NCBI GenBank assembly: GCA_038733315.1
Contig: JAVYPJ010000001.1
Span: 333,020 to 397,019 of the forward strand
Source of the DNA: Candidatus Aenigmatarchaeota archaeon
GTDB lineage: Archaea > Aenigmatarchaeota > Aenigmatarchaeia > CG10238-14 > SpSt-28
DNA: 64,000 nucleotides
Direction of reading: 5' to 3'
Below are positions 57,447 through 64,000 of the stretch, one piece after another. Position numbers and translations under genes: made by a program. Under the pieces are notes generated by a model. That model was not told the DNA's origin. It ran no database searches and saw only the letters and a list, made by a program, of their open reading frames with translations. The stretch's first letter is position 1. The number at the start of each line of letters is the position of its first letter.

Positions 57447-58772
57447 ATGAGGGAAGAGGATTTTAAAGTAGTGCTTTCTCGATGGAAATCTTTTGAAATG
57501 CCGGAGCTTATAGAAAGGGAAATAAAAATACCTTTAGAACCAACAACCATAGTTAGTATAATAGGTCCAAGACAAGCTGGTAAAACTTATAGAATGTTGC
57601 AAGCGATTAAGGATCTTTCTAAAATAATATCAAAAGAAAACATTCTTTATGTGAATTTTGAGCATGAAAGATTGAGAAACTTGGATGCAAAAAATTTGGA
57701 AGATATGATGAAGGTTTTTTATCAGATTTTTACGCCAGATGAAAAATCTCCAATTTACCTTTTTTTTGATGAAATTCAAAATGTTAGAGATTGGGATAAA
57801 TGGATTAGAAGAATTTATGATAGTGGAAAGTTTAGGATTTTTATTTCTGGCTCCTCTTCAAAGCTTTTAGCAAAAGAAATAGCAACATCTTTAAGGGGAA
57901 GAAGTATAGATTTTGTTATATTTCCTTTTAACTTTAGAGAATTTTTAAAAGCAAAAAAATTTGAAATAGGTGATATAAAAATATTAAGCTATTTAGAGGA
58001 AAGGGGAAAAATTTTAAGGCTAGCTGAAGAGTTTGTCAAATTTGGGGGCTATCCGAAGGTTGTTCTAACAGAAGATTATGAATTAAAGGAAAAAATATTA
58101 GAATCTTATTATGAGGCAATTTTTTATAAAGATTTAGTAGAAAGATATAAACTCGATCCTGTTTTGCTTGACAACTTTTTAAGATATGCCATAACGTGTT
58201 TTTCTAAGCAACTTAGTATATCAAAAATTTTTAACTATTTAAAGAGTATAGGTTTAAAATGTAGCAAATCAACTTTAATTAAATTTTTAAAATATGCGGA
58301 GGAAATATTTTTCCTTTTTCCAATTGAAATTTTTTCATTTTCAATAAAAGAAAAAAGACAATATCCGAAAAAGTTCCATGTTGTTGATAACGGAATTATT
58401 AGAGCAATTTATCCTGAAGCTGAAGAGAGTTTTGGTAGGTTAATCGAAAATTGTGTGGCTATAGAATTATTGAGAAGAAAATACGCTAAGAAAATAGAGA
58501 TTAATTATTGGAGAGAATATGGAAAAAGAGATGGTAGCGAAGTAGATTTTGTAATTAAAGAAGGCTTAGAAATTAAACAGCTAATTCAAGTAACTTATGC
58601 ATCAAATAAAGATGAAATAGAAAAAAGAGAAATAAGGGCATTAATTAAAGCTTCAGAGCAATTAAAATGTAAAGATTTATTAATAATTACTTGGGATTAT
58701 GAAGATGAAATAAATGTTGAAAACAAAACAATTAAATGCATACCATTGTGGAAATGGTTATTAAGAATTTAA
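57447..58772 (+). CDS. AAA_14/wHTH/DUF4143 ATPase, array copy 7
   Basis: GPRQAGKT, FDEIQ, SGSSS, LRGR, GGYP. Confidence 0.93.
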   Translation: MREEDFKVVLSRWKSFEMPELIEREIKIPLEPTTIVSIIGPRQAGKTYRMLQAIKDLSKIISKENILYVNFEHERLRNLDAKNLEDMMKVFYQIFTPDEKSPIYLFFDEIQNVRDWDKWIRRIYDSGKFRIFISGSSSKLLAKEIATSLRGRSIDFVIFPFNFREFLKAKKFEIGDIKILSYLEERGKILRLAEEFVKFGGYPKVVLTEDYELKEKILESYYEAIFYKDLVERYKLDPVLLDNFLRYAITCFSKQLSISKIFNYLKSIGLKCSKSTLIKFLKYAEEIFFLFPIEIFSFSIKEKRQYPKKFHVVDNGIIRAIYPEAEESFGRLIENCVAIELLRRKYAKKIEINYWREYGKRDGSEVDFVIKEGLEIKQLIQVTYASNKDEIEKREIRALIKASEQLKCKDLLIITWDYEDEINVENKTIKCIPLWKWLLRI

Positions 58773-58790
58773 AAGCTATATAATTTAAAA

Positions 58791-58840
58791 TATGTCACAA
58801 GTGACGTAAAATATTAATTTTTTATGTCATAAATGATATA
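58791..58840 (+). promoter_or_regulatory. Two related palindromes flanking the TATA-like box of copy 8
   Basis: TATGTCACAAGTGACGTA and TATGTCATAAATGATATA. Confidence 0.65.
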
Positions 58841-58841
58841 T

Positions 58842-60161
58842 ATGAAGAAAGAGGAAATAATAAGTGTATTATCTTCGGTTAATTTTTGGGGAAGAGAAGA
58901 TATAGATGTAGGAATAGAGAGAAAATTTTATAATTCTCAAATATTAAATTTTTTAAAAGGTGTTGAAAAAGTAATAACAATAACAGGAGTTAGAAGGAGT
59001 GGAAAGAGTTATATATTAAAGCAAATTGGAAAAAAGTTATCAGAAAAGTTTGGAAAAGAAAACGTTCTTTATGTTAATTTCGAAGAAGTTAAATTTTTTG
59101 AGGAGCTAAGCTTATCTTTTTTAATAAAAATATACGATGCTTTTAAAGAAATTGTGAGACCAAAAACAAAACCTTTTTTAATTTTGGATGAAATTCAAGA
59201 GGTTCCAAAATGGGAAAAGTTTGTTAGAAGTTTGCATGAAAAAAAAGAAGCTTTTCTTATAATTTCTGGCTCTTCTTCAAAGCTTTTTAGTGAAGAGCTC
59301 GCTACTTTATTAGCTGGTAGAGAATTAGAGATAGAAGTATTTCCATTAGATTTTAAAGAGTTTCTCCAGTTTAAAAATTTTGAAATAGATAAAGAAATAG
59401 ATTTAATTATAAAAAAAGAAAAAATTATAAGATTTCTTAGAGAATTTTTAGAATTCGGTGGTTTTCCAGAGGTTGTTTTAGAAGAAAATGAAAACAAGAA
59501 AATTGGTATTATTAGAAAATATTTTGATACAATAGTATTAAAAGATGTTTTAAGAAGGTTTAAATTAAGAGAAAGTTATAAGTTAGAGGCACTTTGTAAT
59601 TATTACGTTTCAAACTTTTCAAACTTAATAACTTTTAATTCTGTTGCAAGATTTCTTAAAATTTCTGAAAAAACTACTGAAAGATTTTCAAAGTATTTAC
59701 AAACTGCAAGAATTATATTTTTTGTTGAGAGATTTTCATATTCATTTAAATCAAGATATAAATCTGCTAGGAAAGTTTATGTTATAGATACTTCTTTTTC
59801 AAATTTATTAGGAATAAGGTTTTCAGAAAATATAGGTAGACTTATGGAAAATTTGGTCGCTATGGAATTATTAAGAAGATTGAAGAGAAGTTTAAAAGAA
59901 AATTTCTTTTATTTGAAAATTAATGATAACGAAGTAGATTTTGTAATTAAAGAAGGTTTAGAAATTAAGCAATTAATTCAAGTAACTTATGCATCTAATA
60001 AAGATGAAATTGAAAAAAGAGAAATAAAGGCTTTGTTAAAAGCAAGCGAAATATTAAAATGTAAAGATTTACTAATAATTACTTGGGATTATGAAGATGA
60101 AATAAAAATAAATAACAAAAAAATTAAATGCATGCCTTTATGGAAATGGCTATTGGAATAG
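58842..60161 (+). CDS. AAA_14/wHTH/DUF4143 ATPase, array copy 8 (alternative start 58833)
   Basis: GVRRSGKS, LDEIQ, SGSSS, LAGR, GGFPE. Confidence 0.93.
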   Translation: MKKEEIISVLSSVNFWGREDIDVGIERKFYNSQILNFLKGVEKVITITGVRRSGKSYILKQIGKKLSEKFGKENVLYVNFEEVKFFEELSLSFLIKIYDAFKEIVRPKTKPFLILDEIQEVPKWEKFVRSLHEKKEAFLIISGSSSKLFSEELATLLAGRELEIEVFPLDFKEFLQFKNFEIDKEIDLIIKKEKIIRFLREFLEFGGFPEVVLEENENKKIGIIRKYFDTIVLKDVLRRFKLRESYKLEALCNYYVSNFSNLITFNSVARFLKISEKTTERFSKYLQTARIIFFVERFSYSFKSRYKSARKVYVIDTSFSNLLGIRFSENIGRLMENLVAMELLRRLKRSLKENFFYLKINDNEVDFVIKEGLEIKQLIQVTYASNKDEIEKREIKALLKASEILKCKDLLIITWDYEDEIKINNKKIKCMPLWKWLLE

Positions 60162-60192
60162 GATATTTTTCAGAAGTTGTTTTACTTAGGGG

Positions 60193-60232
60193 TTATTGTA
60201 GTACAATATTTATAAATATTGTTCTATAATAA
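60193..60232 (+). promoter_or_regulatory. 40-bp palindrome centred on the TATA box of copy 9
   Basis: TTATTGTAGTACAATATT-TATA-AATATTGTTCTATAATAA (two mismatched pairs). Confidence 0.75.
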
Positions 60233-60238
60233 TTATTT

Positions 60239-61510
60239 GTGAGGACAATTTTAAAAGAGCTTATTGAAGAATGGAAAGAAAGAGAGTTGCCAAAAATAAT
60301 TGAAAGAGATAAAGATCCCACTAGGCTAATTGATTGGAAAGTTTTTAATGCCATACCAATAATTGGTTTTAGAAGAGTTGGGAAGACGTTTTTGCTTTTA
60401 AATGTGGCGAGAAAGATAGGAAAGGAAAATACAATTTATATAGACTTTGAAGACGAGAGATTGCCGAGAAAAACAGAAGTTTTAACTTATTTTTCCGATG
60501 TTATAAAGGAGATCTATGGTAAGAAAAAACTTATTCTTTTGTTAGATGAAATTCAAAACATTCCTAACTGGAGTAAGTGGGTGAGAAGAATGTTAGATAG
60601 TTTTAACTATCAAATAATTTTATCTGGTTCTTCTTCAAAACTTTCAAGCAAGGAAATTCCAACTGAATTGAGAGGAAGATGTATAACTTTTGAACTTTAT
60701 CCACTTTCATTCTTAGAATTTTTGAGATTTAAAGGAGAAAATATAAATGAGTTGACAGATGCTCTCAAATTAAATTTATTGAGAGAGTATATAATTTTTG
60801 GGGGATTGCCAGAAGTTGTGCTTTCGGAAGAGGCAAAAAAATATTTGCTAATCGAAGAATATTATAAAACTTTTCTTGTTCGCGATATTTTTGAGCGATA
60901 TAATATAAGAAATAAAGAATTAATGAGAGATCTTATAAGGCTTTTACTTAATTCAACTTATATAACTATAACAAAAACTTTCAATACTTTAAAATCTATT
61001 GGTCATAAAGTAGGAAAGGAAACAATTGCTAACTATTTTTACTACTTGGAAAATTCTTTCTTTATAGAATTTTTGGAAATTTTTTCACCAAAAATAAAGA
61101 ATTCTTTAAAAGCGCCAAGAAAAATTATGCTTATTGATAATTTCTTCATAAAAAGATTTTCTAGATTTTCAGAAAATATGGGAAGATTAATGGAAAATTG
61201 CGTTTTTTTACAATTAAAAAGAAAAATTAGTGAAAATCCTCTAGCTGAAATTTACTATTTCAAAGATTATCAGCAAAACGAAGTAGATTTTGTAATTAAA
61301 GAAGGTTTAGAAATTAAGCAATTAATTCAAGTAACTTATGCTTCAAATAAAGATGAAATAGAAAAAAGAGAAATAAGGGCATTAATTAAAGCTTCAGAGC
61401 AATTAAACTGCAAAGACTTATTAATAATTACTTGGGATTATGAAGATGAAATAAATTTTGAAAACAAAAAAATTAAATGCATACCTTTATGGAAATGGCT
61501 ATTAAGTTAA
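60239..61510 (+). CDS. AAA_14/wHTH/DUF4143 ATPase, array copy 9 (GTG start)
   Basis: GFRRVGKT, LDEIQ, SGSSS, LRGR, GGLPE. Confidence 0.93.
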   Translation: MRTILKELIEEWKERELPKIIERDKDPTRLIDWKVFNAIPIIGFRRVGKTFLLLNVARKIGKENTIYIDFEDERLPRKTEVLTYFSDVIKEIYGKKKLILLLDEIQNIPNWSKWVRRMLDSFNYQIILSGSSSKLSSKEIPTELRGRCITFELYPLSFLEFLRFKGENINELTDALKLNLLREYIIFGGLPEVVLSEEAKKYLLIEEYYKTFLVRDIFERYNIRNKELMRDLIRLLLNSTYITITKTFNTLKSIGHKVGKETIANYFYYLENSFFIEFLEIFSPKIKNSLKAPRKIMLIDNFFIKRFSRFSENMGRLMENCVFLQLKRKISENPLAEIYYFKDYQQNEVDFVIKEGLEIKQLIQVTYASNKDEIEKREIRALIKASEQLNCKDLLIITWDYEDEINFENKKIKCIPLWKWLLS

Positions 61511-61514
61511 TTTT

Positions 61515-62273
61515 TTAAAATCTTTTTGAAAATATATTTTGAAATATGTTTAAAAATTTTTTTAAACTATTTTCTTTTTTTATTTCTATTCCAGCAATTT
61601 TTGAAATTATAGAATTTATTTGATCTCTAAAATTTTTATCTAAGTTATATAGCATTTCTCTTCTTAAATCTGCATATTTTGCTTTTTTACTTTCTTCAAT
61701 TATTGATAAAATATTTGTATTAATTAAATTTTGAAAATCTTTTAAATTTAGTGGCGAATCTTTTTCGTATCTATTAATTATTATTCCTAAAACTTTTTTA
61801 TTAAGTTTATTTGCTAATTGAGAACATTTTATTGAATCGAAAAGAGATGAAATAGTTGGATTTGAAACAATAATTATTTCTTCGCTAAATTTTATAGCTG
61901 TTATAGCTTCTCTTCCAAATCCTGGTGCAGAATCTAATAAAACAAAATCAAAAAAGTTTAAATTTTCTTTTAATTTTTCTAAATTTTCTAATTTTAAGGA
62001 AGTTATTTCTTCTAAGTTTAAAGATGGAGAAATGTAGAAAAAGTTAAAAGTTGGGTTTAATATTTCATAAAAATCTGCTTCTTCGCTTAAAAATTCGTTT
62101 AAAGTAAATTTTGGTTTTGAAGTTAAAAAAAGAGAAATGTGTGGAGTTGTAAAATTAAAATCTATTAATAAAGTTTTAAAACCAAAATTCGATAATGCAT
62201 AAGATAAATTTAAAGAAATTAATGTTTTTCCAACTCCTCCTTTTCCGCTTATTAATGAAATAATTCTTACCAT
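61515..62273 (-). CDS. MinD/ParA-family ATPase
   Basis: SGKGGVGKT, LLIDFN, DFVLLDSAPG, GIIINR. Confidence 0.92.
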   Translation of the reverse strand: MVRIISLISGKGGVGKTLISLNLSYALSNFGFKTLLIDFNFTTPHISLFLTSKPKFTLNEFLSEEADFYEILNPTFNFFYISPSLNLEEITSLKLENLEKLKENLNFFDFVLLDSAPGFGREAITAIKFSEEIIIVSNPTISSLFDSIKCSQLANKLNKKVLGIIINRYEKDSPLNLKDFQNLINTNILSIIEESKKAKYADLRREMLYNLDKNFRDQINSIISKIAGIEIKKENSLKKFLNIFQNIFSKRF

Positions 62274-62554
62274 TTCTCTAATAGTCTAAAATATTTTTTC
62301 TTATTTTTTCTATAGAAAGTTATTTTTCCCTCTCTAAACAATTCGCTTAAATATTCGGAGGCTCTTTGAATCGATAAATTAAGTGTTTTTGCAACATTTT
62401 GTAAAGTTAGTTCTTTATTTTTTTGAAATAGTTCTATAATAAATTCTTTATTTTTTTCTTTTCTAGTTTTTTTAATTTCATAGCTTCTTTCTTCTTTTTT
62501 TAATAAAGTTTGAATAAAAATTAGTTTATTATCTATTTCTTTTCTTTCTTCCAT
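62267..62554 (-). CDS. Winged-helix DNA-binding protein
   Basis: LTLQNVAKTLNLSIQRASEYLSEL..EGKI. Confidence 0.8.
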   Translation of the reverse strand: MEERKEIDNKLIFIQTLLKKEERSYEIKKTRKEKNKEFIIELFQKNKELTLQNVAKTLNLSIQRASEYLSELFREGKITFYRKNKKKYFRLLEKW

Positions 62555-62728
62555 AAAAATACTTTTATTTTAAATTTATTTTTTCGATTTTCGAAATTTA
62601 TATAATTTTCGAAATTATTTTATTTGTTTTTGTTTTTTCCCTAGTTTTTTAACGAAATTATAGGGTTATTTATACTTGTTAACAATAATGGTTAAATCTA
62701 TATATTAATCGAAAATTGTAATATTAGA

Positions 62729-64000
62729 ATGAAAAGTTTAATTAATAAATTATTTTTTGTAGTTTTTTTAATTTTATTTATTTCTATTTCTTCAGATGTT
62801 ATAATTGAAATACCTCCTCATTCTAATAGAAGTGTTCAGGCAAATGTTAGTTCTCAGCTATTTAATTTTACTATTAATAATACCGAAGAAAATTCGATAA
62901 TTCGAGTTAACATAACTTTACCTAATGGCTTTAATTATGTTTCGGATTCTGCAAATACTAATGCTTTGTTTGAAAGTTTTGAAGTTTATGAAAATACTTT
63001 AAGCTGGTATAATTCTTCTGGATTAATTTCAGATTTATCTTATACTCAAGAAAATTCTATTAAATATAAGCTTACAAAAAAACTTAAGAATAGTAGAGGA
63101 GAATTTGTAGGAAGAATTAAGCTTTTGAAAGATGGAGTTGAAGTTCCTGAGAGTTCTCTTAAAAGTTTGCCTAGAGGAAAATATGACTTGATAGCTTTTG
63201 ATAATAAAGGTTTTATTAGAATAAATGGTATTAATATTACTAAGGATCTTAATATAGAGATTTGGATTGACGAGTATAAAGAAAATAATAAACCAAAAAA
63301 TGCAATTATTTCTACTCCAATAATTGTCTTCAATGACAGTGAAGTTGAATTTGACAATGCAACAATCGTTCTAAGGAAAAATGGAGTAACAAACGTTTTG
63401 CTTCATTGTAAAGATTGGGATTTTATTAATTTTAATTGCTTAGAGTGGGAATCTCCTATAGATTTAGTTTTGAGTTCGGGACAAAACGAGACTCATATTT
63501 GGTTTACTGTTAAAAGATTTGCTGCATGGGGAGCGGGAGGTTTAACTTGCGATGAAGGTGATTTAAATTCTACTTGTTTAATTGGTACAAGTGTTACAAT
63601 ACCTAATCTTGGAGTTATTAGTGGAACTGGAAACTTGTTGATAAATGGGACTGGAGAGCTAACGGCTGCTGCTGGAGAAAGGTTTTTTATTAATATGGGT
63701 GGATGGATTAAAATCGAATCTGGGGGAAAGATTACTGGAAATGTTAACATAACAGCAACAAATTTAATAATAGAACCAGGAGGAAAAATAGATGTAAGTG
63801 CTAAGGGATATTTAGGAGGTAGTGTTGGAGCTAATGGACAAGGTCCAGGAAGAGGAATTCACGGCTCAAGTTATGCTGGTTCAGGAGCGGGATATGGTGG
63901 AAAAGGAGGTAATGACGCTCAAAATGATGCAGGAGGTGATAGTTATGGAAGCATTACTCAACCAATTGATTTTGGATCTGGAGGAGGAGGAAGTTATAGT
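62729..64000 (+). CDS. Large secreted/surface glycoprotein, runs off right edge
   Basis: Manually translated MKSLINKLFFVVFLILFISISS signal peptide; many N-x-S/T sites; Gly-rich GAGYGGKGG...YGSITQPIDFGSGGG. Confidence 0.85.
   Translation, partial: MKSLINKLFFVVFLILFISISSDVIIEIPPHSNRSVQANVSSQLFNFTINNTEENSIIRVNITLPNGFNYVSDSANTNALFESFEVYENTLSWYNSSGLISDLSYTQENSIKYKLTKKLKNSRGEFVGRIKLLKDGVEVPESSLKSLPRGKYDLIAFDNKGFIRINGINITKDLNIEIWIDEYKENNKPKNAIISTPIIVFNDSEVEFDNATIVLRKNGVTNVLLHCKDWDFINFNCLEWESPIDLVLSSGQNETHIWFTVKRFAAWGAGGLTCDEGDLNSTCLIGTSVTIPNLGVISGTGNLLINGTGELTAAAGERFFINMGGWIKIESGGKITGNVNITATNLIIEPGGKIDVSAKGYLGGSVGANGQGPGRGIHGSSYAGSGAGYGGKGGNDAQNDAGGDSYGSITQPIDFGSGGGGSYS

Larger units (their letters stand above)
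50240..61510 (+). repeat. Nine dispersed near-identical ~230-bp direct repeats (3' ends of the array genes)
   Basis: GAAGTAGATTT...TGGAAATGG copies start at 50240, 51607, 52969, 54433, 55801, 57158, 58539, 59931 and 61280. Confidence 0.97.

Noticed and set aside
49175..61510. Diversity-generating retroelement or CRISPR explanation for the repeated tails
   Set aside because: No reverse transcriptase or non-coding template repeat in the window; differences are not adenine-specific and are largely synonymous or block-wise; repeats are ~230 bp, coding and ~1.3 kb apart.
2264..63750. Numerous antisense or nested ORFs in the track (e.g. 3156, 4604, 13954, 16491, 27671, 35336, 44986, 59195, 63046)
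   Set aside because: They lie opposite well-supported genes and have Phe/Ser/Ile/Leu-rich shadow composition.

Overview
A compact, very AT-rich archaeal chromosome segment. GC-rich tRNA stems, archaeal-type PheST, Dph2, Rpo12, eL43 and SUI1, scattered S10-operon genes and minimal intergenic space suggest a reduced, probably thermophilic DPANN-type genome (inference; taxonomy cannot be fixed from this window). Positions 1-49,060 are mostly housekeeping genes, plus 10 tRNAs (5 with 37/38 introns), an SRP RNA lacking helix 6, two free-standing box C/D guide RNAs and a small KaiC/V4R/adenylate-forming-enzyme/methyltransferase/transglutaminase island. Two systems stand out. (1) At 49,175-61,510 lies a tandem array of nine AAA_14/wHTH/DUF4143 (COG1373-like) ATPase genes. 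Their 5' ~80% is highly divergent, but their last ~230 bp is nearly identical and mosaic at DNA level. Each position carries a distinct palindromic operator around a TATA-like box, and orphan promoters and deletion scars lie between genes. This looks like a recombination-driven cassette array. (2) Several tRNA introns appear to be miniature box C/D guides: the 25-nt Trp and 33-nt Leu(UAA) introns point by the N+5 rule at their own wobble nucleotide 34, and the Ser(CGA) intron carries a guide complementary to the 23S peptidyl-transferase region. rRNA targets are from recalled consensus; no rRNA gene is in the window.
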